Of a stretch of DNA of 64,000 nucleotides, positions 39,343 to 49,506 are shown piece after piece. The stretch lies in assembly GCA_050506795.1 (NCBI GenBank), contig JBJHCF010000002.1, positions 32,001 through 96,000 on the forward strand, given 5' to 3'. Under the pieces are notes generated by a model. It saw nothing but the letters and a program-made list of their open reading frames with translations, did not search any database and was not told the origin of the DNA. Within the stretch, counting starts at the first letter, position 1, and each line of letters begins with the position of its first letter. Made by a program: the position numbers and the translations under genes. The DNA is from Opitutia bacterium (GTDB taxonomy: Bacteria; Verrucomicrobiota; Verrucomicrobiia; Opitutales; T3Sed10-336).

Positions 39343-39668
39343 CAACTCCTGATTGGTACCGGCTCCGCCGGCTTGGGGTTGGCAAAGGTGAGTTTTTCTT
39401 TTCGAGGACTCCGATGCCGATTCCTCTCAGTTCTCCATGAAGGTAGCGTTTCGTCGTACCGGTTTCCGAGGGCCTCGCCGCATCGGCGCGTACCAACTGA
39501 ATTTCATTGCAAGATGCCTATATCGGCAATAACACAACGGGCGGTAACGATGTCATTTGGCACTGCACTGATACTGCCATCTTCTGTTTGCCGATTCTCA
39601 TTCACGTTCAATTTGCCGCGGATCCGGGCCAAAAATAAGGTGCAATTATTACAACGGAAAAACAACTT

Positions 39669-40382
39669 ATGGAAAAGCCAGAATCAATCTCCTGTCCGAA
39701 CAAAGAAACTCTCAATCAAAGCATCCTGACGGAATGGCAGAACTTGCTTAATGAGACGGCAGACATTCTTGGTGTACCAGCCGGACTTATCACGCGTATT
39801 GACGGTGCTGAAATCGAGATTTTGCTCTCAAGCGAAACCAACGGCAACCCCTATCCTACCTCCGCGAAAGCAAGATACCCTGATTCAGGCTGGTTCTGCG
39901 AGCACACCTTAAAAACAAAAGGGCTCAATCTGATTCCCAGCGCACTGGAGGATGACCGATGGAAAGACAACTCTGCCGTATCAACCTTCGATATGGTATC
40001 CTACATTGGTCTTCCGATTGATCGGCCCGATGGAATGCAGTTTGGGACAGTATGTTTTCTGGATAACAAAAAAAATGCCCACAACAATCTTCATATACGT
40101 ATTATTGAGCAGATTAGGCGGATGATCGAACTTTCCCTTCGCATTCTGCATGCCAAGGAAGAAATCGACAGCCGTGACCGGCTTCTTATCAATTTGAGCA
40201 GGATTTATCCCATTTGCAGTTACTGCAAAAAAATCCATGAGGAATCTGGCAATTGGGTGAATGTTGAAAAATACGTCCGCGATATTTCCGGCGCCATGGC
40301 CTCTCACAGCATATGCCCAACGTGCTATGAAACGGTTAAGAACGACTTCGATTTCGAAGTTCACGTACCTAACGGCAAGTAA
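39669..40382 (+). CDS. GAF-domain protein with C-terminal Cys4 zinc-finger-like tail
   Basis: SYIGLPI..PDG..FGTVCFLD (GAF); PICSYCKKI...SHSICPTC. Confidence 0.85.
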   Translation: MEKPESISCPNKETLNQSILTEWQNLLNETADILGVPAGLITRIDGAEIEILLSSETNGNPYPTSAKARYPDSGWFCEHTLKTKGLNLIPSALEDDRWKDNSAVSTFDMVSYIGLPIDRPDGMQFGTVCFLDNKKNAHNNLHIRIIEQIRRMIELSLRILHAKEEIDSRDRLLINLSRIYPICSYCKKIHEESGNWVNVEKYVRDISGAMASHSICPTCYETVKNDFDFEVHVPNGK

Positions 40383-40455
40383 GATCGGTCCTTGCGAGCA
40401 TCCTCATTTCCAGCTCGCATGAGCGGGAACACGCAGAACACCTTCTGCGCTTTCA

Positions 40456-40494
40456 AAAATAAGAGCCCGCAACCCTGTTGAAGGGTTGCGGGCT
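40456..40494 (-). terminator. Rho-independent terminator, probably bidirectional
   Basis: 13-bp stem AGCCCGCAACCCT/AGGGTTGCGGGCT with a T-rich tail on the minus strand, between convergent genes. Confidence 0.8.
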
Positions 40495-40519
40495 GCTTTA
40501 AAGGAACGAACGGGTCAAC

Positions 40520-43500
40520 TCATTCGATTCTTTGAATTTGCACCCGCAGGAATGCCCGATCCGTATCGGAAAGTTCCAGTTCAACGGTTACCCACTCGAG
40601 GTTGGGATCCGTCTCATGCGGACTCCGGGAAACCTCCTCAATCCCCGAACCATCCCAGCCATGCAGATCAAACGATCCTTGCGGGACGTAGGCGATATCA
40701 TTCGCATCCAATCGCTCAGGATACGTAAGGACGAGCTTTGTTCCCTCAACCGAAGCCCCCGGAAGATCTTTTCCGCTGACCGGTGTCCACGGATCCAACC
40801 CGAACGCATATTTCAAGAGGTTCGCCACCCCGTCATTCGCGGGCGTCGCCAGCAGACCCGATATATCGGGATCAGTAAGTTGCTCAGCGTCGAAATAGCT
40901 CTCGGCCCAATCGCTGAACGCCATCCCGTTTTCACCCGTGTGCACCCGCACCCGCAACCTGGGCATCTCCGCTACAACTCCGTTCTGGTCGGTCGCAATG
41001 AGACTATAGTGGGTCAGGGAGTCGGCGGGAGGGGTTATCTCCACGATGCCCTCGGTCTCCACCGCCCCTACTCCGGGTTCGATGCTTGTACTCGTTCCCA
41101 GGCTCTCCCAGGCAAGCATCACCGGCTGGTCATTGAGAACGACTCTTGCCGTATCGAAGGTCCAAACCGTAGGGGTGAGATCCCACTCAGGTTCGATAAT
41201 CGTGCCATCGCGCTCGTTTCCGGAACGATCTTGGGCGACGGTCCCTTCTCCTTCGTCCAAAGGCCACCAACCCACCAGGCCCGCCTGTCCCGCCGGAGAA
41301 GAGTACATGCTCGATCGAATCTCCGAACCCGAACGGGCGACATTCCAAATGCGAACGTCGCGAACCGCACCGTTGAAGGGATGGTCCATATTCCACCAAT
41401 TGCCGATCACGAACGGTCCATTCTGGGTGTTCAGAGCGATATTCGCGATGTCGACGAGATGACCGTTGCCATAAGCCCGAACCGTGGAGCCATCATAGGT
41501 TATGGCCACGTGGGTCCAGTTATTCAACGAACCGGGGATCATGAACCACATGTCCTGACCCCAGAACTGTCCCTGCCACTCGTTCAATCTCCCGGCCACC
41601 CGCAGGGAGAAGTCATGGCCACCGCTACCCCGCTCTCCAAGCTGGAGCACTCCGCCGCCGTCAAAGGCCGCCGCCCTTACCCATGCTTCCATAGTCTTCG
41701 GGTTGCTTCCGCCGATACCCAGATCAGACGCGGTCAGTCCGTTTTCGACCCTGGAGTTGTTTCCATCGAAATCGAGAAAGGCCGTACGGTCATCCGGACC
41801 GCCAATCCTGAAGCTCCTCGCCGCCGACGTCCATTCCGGCTCAGTGATAACGCCGTCGCGGCCATTCCCGGAATTATCGTACGCGATTTCACCGACCCCT
41901 TCGTTCAAAGGCCACCAACCCAACAAGCCCGGTTCACCCGCCGGCGAAGAATTCATAGTCGCCTGAATCTCGGATGCGGAACGCGCCCGATCCCAGACCC
42001 GCACATCACGGATAGCTCCATGAAAAGGATAATCGTTATCCGAAGTCCCCCAGATCCCAATACGCATGCCGGTTCCCGGCTGGGTGTTGAGTGGGACATC
42101 CCGTTCGGTAACAAGCTCGCCGTTGGCATAGAGCCGGAGGTGCATTCCATCATAGACCGTAGCTATGTGGGCCCATTGTTTGTACGATCCCGGAACGTCA
42201 AACCAGGTGTCTGCGCCCCCCCAGAACTGCCCGTGCCATTCCTCCTGAACGCCGCCGCTGGTACGCAGGCTGAAGTTCTGTCCGTCAGCCGTATTTCCCA
42301 GATCGAAGACGCCTCCGCCTTCCCCGAAACTGCGGGCAAAAACCCAGGCTTCAACGGTTTTGGGATGATCGCCAACGATACCGAATTCATCGACATCGGC
42401 ACCTATTTCAATGCCGACCTCCCTGAAGCCGTTGAAAAGCAGGAACCGGCTCTCTCCGGAGGTGGTGTTGCCGCCGAATCTCAGCACATCCCACACATGG
42501 TCGCCCTCCTGCGATCCTCCGATGCCAAACAGATTCCGTGACTCGAGGGACTCCGATAGCTCGCCGCTCAGGGAAGCCTGTCCGCCGTTGCCATCCGCAA
42601 GAGTCGCCGTAAACTCGAAAATGCCCTCGCCGTTCGAGGCGCCGGTAAACCCAAAGTCATAGGTCGCCCCCACGATGGCTTCCGCGGGAAATGGCTGATC
42701 GTAGAGAATCGCACCGTCCATTCCCTCCCTGAAGACGATCCTGCCACCCGCGCCTTCTTCAATAACGTATTGAAATGTATAATACGTCGACGGATCATCG
42801 GCATTGAACACCGCGATATCCTCCTCCCCGAAAAGCACCAGACCCACCTTGCTTTGAGGGGTGTCGCCCCGATCTGCCAGGAGAATACGGGCATTGATTT
42901 CAACCGTTTCGCTCGACGCGAACTCGTTCACGAGCGTCAGCGCCAGGGAGTTGCCGGCGGTCCGGTTGTCCCGCAATCGAAGTGAGCTCTCCCGCAGTTC
43001 CCAATCATCCATCAGCATGAGCGAGAAATTGTCGGGCGCCATATAGGCCGGACCGGCCCCGAATGAATATTCGAATATGGCCGGAGTTGTTGTGGGGAAG
43101 CTTTCGACCACGTCTCCAAGGCTTATGGCCAGATTCCGGAAGTCGATCTCCGGGCCTCCCAGCGGACTGGACTGCAGGCTACCGCCAACTCCGAACAGGT
43201 TGCCGTTATGCGGGCGTTGTATCGTAGTGGAAATACTCTGGCTGTGACCATTCTCCTCGGCCAAATCCGTCAAGGTAAGAGTGAGCTCAAGATCACCGCT
43301 CAAGCCATAGACCCCCTCCCCTCGGATTGCGTAGGGCGCAAGATCGGTTTCAGCGCTGGTTATGGAAAAATCATCGATCATCCAGCCGTGTTCGTTGTTC
43401 AGAATAAATCCGTCGGTCGAAACATGAAACTCAATGCGGATTCTCTGCCCCAAGGCTTCCTCGGGGAGCACAAAACCACGGGTGCGCCAACCGTTGCTGT

Positions 43501-45076
43501 TCCCTGAATACCGGGCAAGCTCGACAATGGGACCGCCATTTTCGTCAACCACGCGGACAAATGCATTGTGATACGGTTCGCCCGTGCCCGATTCGATATC
43601 ATCGTCAATGTGCAGGGCCTCGCGAAAGTTCAGCTCCGCCGAAGTCGTTTCCGTCAGGTCGATCACCGGGGATCGAAGCCAGTCTTCACTGTTGGCATCG
43701 ATCGCACCATCGAGATTCGTGGCGGCAACACGCTCCCCGGTCAAAGGTTCCGGCCCGTAGCTTGGCGAACCGATTTCCCAAACCTGGTTTGCGCCCCCAA
43801 TTTGCCAGTTCGCATCGGTGTCGGCGTCTTCGAAGTCATCCTCCAGGAGGACCGGGTTCGGAAGCGGTTTCCTTCCGTCCCACCGGGCAGCCGCACGAAA
43901 AGGACCGTCAAACCCGCTGCCAATTGCAATTATCGCGGTGTCGTTCCCGGCGGGCTTAATCTGAGGAAAGGTCGTTTCCATGACTATCCTCGATACCGCC
44001 GGAAAAAAGGAAAAGGTATAAAAGCCTTCTTCATGCGCGGTGTTGAAAGGGCTCTCCCCTGGAACATGAGGACCGCCAAGCGCAACCAGTCCAATACGCG
44101 ATTCACGCAGATCCGGGAACAGGTTCAGAACAAACTCCGATTCAACGGTAAAATCCTGACGCTCCGCTCGATTGCTTAGAAAGGCGGCGGCACTGCTGGA
44201 AACAAACAGGTCTGACTCCGAAGTCATCCGGAGAGCGTCCGCCACCAGATTGAAGTGATCCGGGCGGTTCCTGAGAAGAGAGAGTTCGTTGGCCTTACCT
44301 GCGGTGGTTCCGAAATCGAATACGACATCCGCTTCGATCGCGGGGTCATATTCAAACTGCTGCCCCTCCCATTGAGCGCCAAAAATGATCCCGTCGCGAC
44401 CATTTCCCGACCCATCGGCGGCGACTCTTCCTTGCCCTTCATCAAGGGGCCACCAGAGCAAAAGCCCGTTTTGGCCCGCGGGGGAGGAGTTCATAGTCGC
44501 CTGGATCTCCGATTCGCTGCGAGCGACATTCCAAACACGCACATCACGGATAGAGCCGTGGAAATAGGGAAACGTGTACCACTTGCCAAGACGCAACCCG
44601 AATTGCCCCGGCTGAGTATCGAGTTCAACCTCCTCGGACTCCAACAACACCCCGTTGGCGAAGATCTGGACCGTCGTTCCATCATAGCTCATGGCGATGT
44701 GGGTCCATTCCCGGAAGGAATCCGGTACTTCAAATACGATATCGCCCCCTCCCCAAAACTGGGCTTGCCATTCCCGGTTGCCTTCAGTCAGCCGCAAAGT
44801 GAAATCATGACCGTCCGTTCCCGTCGATCCCATCGAAATCACACCCGCCGCATTGAAAGTGCGGACGTAAACCCAGGCTTCGATCGTTTTTGGATTGCTC
44901 CCATCGATTCCCAGGTCGGAAACCGTCAAACCGGAGTCAACGGAACCTTCGACTCCATCGAAATGCAGAATGGGTTCGGGTTGCGCCGAAACCGATTGCG
45001 CGGAAAGTATCGCTGTCCCAAATGCCACCAGCAGTGCGAGAGCCCTTGAGAAAGAGGTGTTGGATTTAATTATCAT
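40520..45076 (-). CDS. Secreted protein with three LamG-like jelly-roll domains and C-terminal FLRV domain
   Basis: Signal peptide; three TxEAWV...W.H.A..YDG...F.GAIRDVR.W repeats. Confidence 0.9.
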   Translation of the reverse strand: MIIKSNTSFSRALALLVAFGTAILSAQSVSAQPEPILHFDGVEGSVDSGLTVSDLGIDGSNPKTIEAWVYVRTFNAAGVISMGSTGTDGHDFTLRLTEGNREWQAQFWGGGDIVFEVPDSFREWTHIAMSYDGTTVQIFANGVLLESEEVELDTQPGQFGLRLGKWYTFPYFHGSIRDVRVWNVARSESEIQATMNSSPAGQNGLLLWWPLDEGQGRVAADGSGNGRDGIIFGAQWEGQQFEYDPAIEADVVFDFGTTAGKANELSLLRNRPDHFNLVADALRMTSESDLFVSSSAAAFLSNRAERQDFTVESEFVLNLFPDLRESRIGLVALGGPHVPGESPFNTAHEEGFYTFSFFPAVSRIVMETTFPQIKPAGNDTAIIAIGSGFDGPFRAAARWDGRKPLPNPVLLEDDFEDADTDANWQIGGANQVWEIGSPSYGPEPLTGERVAATNLDGAIDANSEDWLRSPVIDLTETTSAELNFREALHIDDDIESGTGEPYHNAFVRVVDENGGPIVELARYSGNSNGWRTRGFVLPEEALGQRIRIEFHVSTDGFILNNEHGWMIDDFSITSAETDLAPYAIRGEGVYGLSGDLELTLTLTDLAEENGHSQSISTTIQRPHNGNLFGVGGSLQSSPLGGPEIDFRNLAISLGDVVESFPTTTPAIFEYSFGAGPAYMAPDNFSLMLMDDWELRESSLRLRDNRTAGNSLALTLVNEFASSETVEINARILLADRGDTPQSKVGLVLFGEEDIAVFNADDPSTYYTFQYVIEEGAGGRIVFREGMDGAILYDQPFPAEAIVGATYDFGFTGASNGEGIFEFTATLADGNGGQASLSGELSESLESRNLFGIGGSQEGDHVWDVLRFGGNTTSGESRFLLFNGFREVGIEIGADVDEFGIVGDHPKTVEAWVFARSFGEGGGVFDLGNTADGQNFSLRTSGGVQEEWHGQFWGGADTWFDVPGSYKQWAHIATVYDGMHLRLYANGELVTERDVPLNTQPGTGMRIGIWGTSDNDYPFHGAIRDVRVWDRARSASEIQATMNSSPAGEPGLLGWWPLNEGVGEIAYDNSGNGRDGVITEPEWTSAARSFRIGGPDDRTAFLDFDGNNSRVENGLTASDLGIGGSNPKTMEAWVRAAAFDGGGVLQLGERGSGGHDFSLRVAGRLNEWQGQFWGQDMWFMIPGSLNNWTHVAITYDGSTVRAYGNGHLVDIANIALNTQNGPFVIGNWWNMDHPFNGAVRDVRIWNVARSGSEIRSSMYSSPAGQAGLVGWWPLDEGEGTVAQDRSGNERDGTIIEPEWDLTPTVWTFDTARVVLNDQPVMLAWESLGTSTSIEPGVGAVETEGIVEITPPADSLTHYSLIATDQNGVVAEMPRLRVRVHTGENGMAFSDWAESYFDAEQLTDPDISGLLATPANDGVANLLKYAFGLDPWTPVSGKDLPGASVEGTKLVLTYPERLDANDIAYVPQGSFDLHGWDGSGIEEVSRSPHETDPNLEWVTVELELSDTDRAFLRVQIQRIE

Positions 45077-45114
45077 TTATCTTTGAGTTCGGGTTGGGCA
45101 AAATATTGAGAGAT

Positions 45115-45882
45115 TCAACGGGGTCCGCTGTAGGGCCGGAGTGGCGGAGGCAATGGATTCCAATGCCCCTCGTATGCGGCAAATTCCGGATGGACCAATT
45201 GCACATGGCCGTCCACGAAGGTCACGTGACCTCTTCCACTATGACGTTCCGTCAGCTCGTCCTCCGCTTCTCCAAGCCAGGCCGAGCTGTCATTCGGCGA
45301 ATCCTCCTCGACCAGGAGAATGATCGTCGAGGGCGAGTTGATTCGCGAGAGTCGACCTCCAACACGCAGATTCGAGCCGACTACCGGCGCCTGCGGATCG
45401 AGCGCGGCGTTCATCGAAAACGAGTAGGCATATTCGGGCTCCGCGTCACGGAGTCGTTCGTCCGAGGGACAGCGATATATTTCGGGAGAAAACCCTGTTC
45501 CGAGATAGGGAACTATGGGGCTGTGCCTGAGTAAAGTGTCCCGTGAGTCGTTACGCCAATAGATCCAGTCCGTCTCCTGTTGTCCCTGTGCGGTGGAACC
45601 TGACGTTGGAAGCACGCCATGATTATCGTCGGCGAACATCAGCATAGCCATTGAAACCTGGCGAATGTTCGACGCGCACTTCACCTGCCGTGCGCTGTCC
45701 CTTACGTTGGCGACCACAGGAATCAAAATCGCCGCCAGAATTCCAATGATTGCAATCACCGTCAGCAATTCAATGAGAGTAAATCCGCGGCGACTCCTCG
45801 GTTTCCGAAAGTCCAAGCGATGCCCGTGTGAGGGCGGAACTGGTACAGTTATTCGCGGGTTATGTCTATGTCTAAAAAACAT
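45115..45882 (-). CDS. Prepilin-type N-terminal cleavage/methylation protein (DUF1559, H-X9-DG C-terminus)
   Basis: GFTLIELLTVIAIIGILAAILIP, C.SN.RQ, YRCPSD, RHSGRGHVTFVDGHV; start uncertain. Confidence 0.9.
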   Translation of the reverse strand: MFFRHRHNPRITVPVPPSHGHRLDFRKPRSRRGFTLIELLTVIAIIGILAAILIPVVANVRDSARQVKCASNIRQVSMAMLMFADDNHGVLPTSGSTAQGQQETDWIYWRNDSRDTLLRHSPIVPYLGTGFSPEIYRCPSDERLRDAEPEYAYSFSMNAALDPQAPVVGSNLRVGGRLSRINSPSTIILLVEEDSPNDSSAWLGEAEDELTERHSGRGHVTFVDGHVQLVHPEFAAYEGHWNPLPPPLRPYSGPR

Positions 45883-46592
45883 AAACCAAAATCCTAAGGC
45901 GCAGCGAATTAACTTCAAAATGAAACCGATCCAAATATATACATATTAATCCAAACTTGAGGCAAAATTAGGGTTGTTAATCAATCAATCGATTCCTTGA
46001 CCTTGTCCGCCGCAAAGCACAAAGGCATACTGAATGACCCGGCAGGCTTGAACCGTCGATTCTTGGGGTCAAAGCCCCGCATCCAAGAAAAAAGTGATGA
46101 GCTCTTCCCTCGCCGGCCGGTACCGCTGTTCACGGCGGCAAATCACGGATAACGCCGAAAACCCAATAAAAGCGAGCCCTGCTAAACGGATTGAAATCAT
46201 AAATATGTATAGAAGCATCCCATAGCGGAACGGGCCAAAGCCGGGTCCGCAATGGGATGCCACTCCGGAGAGCAGGAGGAAAGGGGAGCCCGACCGGTAT
46301 CGGGAGGTGTTCGGTTTGTTTGAATCGCACGGTTAAACAGGTTCTTCGTTTGAGAAATCGAAACGAAATCGCGCCTCGGCTTTGCGGGTATGCGGGAGTA
46401 TGGCCGCGGCCGATCCGATCAATTTATTCTCCTTCGATGATCCGCTTTAACCAAGGGCTATTCCGGTTGGAGCTGATTGTCTGTTGGGTTCTGGAGCAGA
46501 TTGCAGATCGAAAGCCCCCAGTGACAAAAAGTTGAAAAAAGCCGGAAGATAGGGAAGAACCGTGAATCCGTGATCCCTTTTATTTTCCTGCC

Positions 46593-47261
46593 ATGACCCA
46601 ATCCCACCAGCACAAACCTCGACGGCATTGGAAGCTTTGGGTACTTCCCTGTTTAATCGCAGGCGGAATCGGCCTCACCGTGTGGCAACCGGTCGAACTT
46701 GAAACGATCCTGGACCACGGCCGGCAGGTAGGAAACTCTCCCCTGTTTCTAACGGCAGCGGTCGTCACAATGATCGTCTTGTTCACGTTCGGCCTCCCGG
46801 GGAGTCTGGGTCTATGGCTGATCGCCCCGTTCAATCCGCCACTGCTCTCCACCGCACTGCTGGTGCTCGCGAGCGTCGGAGGCGCGGTCGGAGGGTATTA
46901 TTTCGCCGCGTTCCTGCAACGGGACTGGAACCCGACGGGCCTGGCGGGGCGCATCTTCGAAGTGTTGAAAAAACAGGGGAACTTCGTCACCCAGACCGCA
47001 CTCCGCCTTTTTCCCGGCTTCCCCCACTCGGTCATCAATTTTTCCGGAGGCGTTCTTCGCTTGCCGCTGCTCACCTTTATCGGCGCGGCGATTCTCGGAC
47101 TAACGGTCAAATGGACGGTCTATGCCCGGGCGGTTCATGGCATCACTGACGCAGTGGCGGACGAGTCGTCAATCGATCCCGCCGCCCTCTGGCCGCTGGC
47201 CCTGCTCGCCGTTCTTCTACTCGCCGGCTCTTTCCTCAAGAAACGGTTGCTGGGCGAATGA
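46593..47261 (+). CDS. TVP38/TMEM64 (VTT/DedA) family membrane protein
   Basis: Multiple TM segments; LRLFPGFP...IN...G motif. Confidence 0.8.
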   Translation: MTQSHQHKPRRHWKLWVLPCLIAGGIGLTVWQPVELETILDHGRQVGNSPLFLTAAVVTMIVLFTFGLPGSLGLWLIAPFNPPLLSTALLVLASVGGAVGGYYFAAFLQRDWNPTGLAGRIFEVLKKQGNFVTQTALRLFPGFPHSVINFSGGVLRLPLLTFIGAAILGLTVKWTVYARAVHGITDAVADESSIDPAALWPLALLAVLLLAGSFLKKRLLGE

Positions 47262-47318
47262 ATTCACTGGAGGCGAGGAGAAGTCGCCCGCCATTTCCTC
47301 CGCCTAACCGTCATCCCG

Positions 47319-47801
47319 CTACAGTTGAGGGAACGTCAGACCGAAGCGTTGGCACAGTTCGGGGACGCTTTCGAACTTCATGTCGAGGGCGTACTTCCTG
47401 TTGATTTCAGCGAACTTCTCCAGGTCGCCCCAGTTGGCAGCGACTTCGCGAAAGAAGTTTTCAAATCCCGCCGGTGAGATCACCTCGATGATCTCACAGG
47501 GCTCGTCGCCGGCGTTCCAGAAGGTGTGCCACTGCCCGCGCGGCTTGAAAACCCAGGTTCCCGGGCCGGCCGTTACGACATCGTCGCCCAGCAATGCCCC
47601 GAGTTGCCCGCGAAGCACGTAGGAGTACTCGTCCTCGTTATGATGATAATGCAGCGGAGCCGCCAACGCGCGCGGGGCGATCGGATGATGGACCACCGAA
47701 AAGCGGCCCTGGGGGTGATCCCCGTCAATCTTCCACTGAACACCCAACCCGCCGAAATCAAACGACTCACCCTCGCCGTTGAAAATAATTGTCGGTTTCA
47801 T
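47319..47801 (-). CDS. Cupin-domain protein
   Basis: PLHYHHNEDE, PRGQWHTFWN, SPAGFE motifs. Confidence 0.9.
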   Translation of the reverse strand: MKPTIIFNGEGESFDFGGLGVQWKIDGDHPQGRFSVVHHPIAPRALAAPLHYHHNEDEYSYVLRGQLGALLGDDVVTAGPGTWVFKPRGQWHTFWNAGDEPCEIIEVISPAGFENFFREVAANWGDLEKFAEINRKYALDMKFESVPELCQRFGLTFPQL

Positions 47802-48074
47802 ACTGGTGACAACTAATTAACCTGCGAAAAGCATAGCGTTTCCCCCAACCTCGTCAATCCTTCGGATCAAGGCAAAGCGATGTGGTCATTCTGCGCGTCG
47901 ACGCCGGACTGCAGGAACACCTGCGGACCGAAATCATTTCCGTTTCCCAGCACACCGTCCGGCAACTGGTGAGAGCCATCGAAGCGCTGGACGATCCGCG
48001 GTAACCCGAACGGCTCCCGCGTAAGCACCGAGTAGGTCCGATGCCCCAAAGCCGGAAAGCCCTCCTGCCCCGGA

Positions 48075-49394
48075 TCAATCATATATCAGATAGGGCTCTC
48101 TCGCGATTTTAAACCGTTCCACATCCCGCTCCCAAACGGCTACGATACGGTCCACCCTGTCGCCCAGTCGGAGTTTGTTGAGAACCTCTTCGTTGCCCGC
48201 GCGAATATTCAGGCCCCTTTCGATAAAGAACGATTCCCGGGCCTCGGCCGGCAAATTTTCGTACACCGCCTGAAGAATGTGAATCCCGGCTTCGACAGGC
48301 CGCACTTTGGCGGGCTCCGTAACTTCGATGCGGACGCCGTGAACCTCTTCACCCAGCAGTTTTGGCTGTTTTGACATCCCCTCAATGCTTTCGGGCACAA
48401 AGGTCACCGGACTAAACGCCAGACCGGGCAGGTCGCGGCGGTTCAACTCATCGGCTACGGCGTTCGAGTTGACGTAGGGACTGCCCACCTGAAGGAATGG
48501 CCGATAGGTTCCGCGGCCTTCGCTGGCGGTGGTCCCCTCGAAAAAGCAGGTGCCCGGGTAGACGATGGCGGTTTCCACATCGGGTATGTTCGGACTGGGC
48601 GCCACCCACTCCAAACCGGTATCCGGCCAGTGCATACTTCTGGTCCAGCCTTCCATTTCCACAACGTGCAGATCCAAACCTTCGATTCCGTCGTGCCAGC
48701 TCTCACCCTTTATCATCAAAGCGAGTTCGCCCACGGTCATACCGTGTGTAACGGGAGTCGGATACAGGCCTATTCCCGAACGAAAACGATCTTCCCGGAC
48801 CGGGCCTTCCACCGGCAGCCCTGCAATCGGGTTGGGACGATCGAGAACCAGATACGGGATGCCCGCTTCCGCCGCCGATATCATCGCTCGTCCCATCGTG
48901 GCCGGATAGGTGTAAAAACGCGCCCCGACATCCTGTATGTCGAATATCAGCACGTCTACCCCATCCAGCATTTCCGCTGTGGGCCGGTCGATCTCGCCGT
49001 AGAGACTGTAGACCGGCACGCCGGTCCGTTCGTCCACTCCGTGGTCCACGGGTTTACCCGCGTCGGCCGTCCCCCGGATGCCGTGCTCGGGACCGAAAAG
49101 CACAACCAGTTCGATCGAAGGATCCGCATGAAGACGGTCCGCCAGGTGTTGCCCCCCCACGATCGCGCTGTGGTTCGTTATAAGACCTACCCGCCTGCTT
49201 TCGACCAGATGGTAACGGTCGCTAAACAGGCGCTCGGCGCCGGTTCTGACGGTCGAGCCCGTGTCCCCATATTCGCGACCGGCGGCACAACCCGTAATCG
49301 GAACAACAACCAAACCAATGCATAACCAGGCGACACGCGAGAGAGCGGAAGTTTCCTCATATCGGTTGGATTGGTTTCTCATCTCAGGATCCAT
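48075..49394 (-). CDS. namZ: Exo-beta-N-acetylmuramidase NamZ family (DUF1343), probable lipoprotein
   Basis: GLITNHS, FGPEHG.RG, DIQDVGARFYTY, LDRPNP, HGMTVGE, SPNIP, SEGRGT; ITGC lipobox-like motif. Confidence 0.9.
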   Translation of the reverse strand: MDPEMRNQSNRYEETSALSRVAWLCIGLVVVPITGCAAGREYGDTGSTVRTGAERLFSDRYHLVESRRVGLITNHSAIVGGQHLADRLHADPSIELVVLFGPEHGIRGTADAGKPVDHGVDERTGVPVYSLYGEIDRPTAEMLDGVDVLIFDIQDVGARFYTYPATMGRAMISAAEAGIPYLVLDRPNPIAGLPVEGPVREDRFRSGIGLYPTPVTHGMTVGELALMIKGESWHDGIEGLDLHVVEMEGWTRSMHWPDTGLEWVAPSPNIPDVETAIVYPGTCFFEGTTASEGRGTYRPFLQVGSPYVNSNAVADELNRRDLPGLAFSPVTFVPESIEGMSKQPKLLGEEVHGVRIEVTEPAKVRPVEAGIHILQAVYENLPAEARESFFIERGLNIRAGNEEVLNKLRLGDRVDRIVAVWERDVERFKIAREPYLIYD

Positions 49395-49506
49395 CGAATC
49401 TGCTTTCCCTCGCCCCCGGAGACGATCCCAGCCTGCGGACCGACGGATTCAATCCCGGGGCGGTGGAGACGTGTGCTTGATTATCAGCTCCCGGCGTAAC
49501 CGGGCG

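Noticed and set aside
40532..42541. 669-aa plus-strand ORF
   Set aside because: Antisense shadow of the LamG protein gene
45983..45994. AATCGATT palindrome as a LacI-type operator upstream of the prepilin gene
   Set aside because: Only an 8-bp palindrome and no regulator in the window
47864..48004. Protein-like plus-strand fragment (VVILRVDAGLQEHLRTEII...)
   Set aside because: About 40 codons, weak start and no recognisable family
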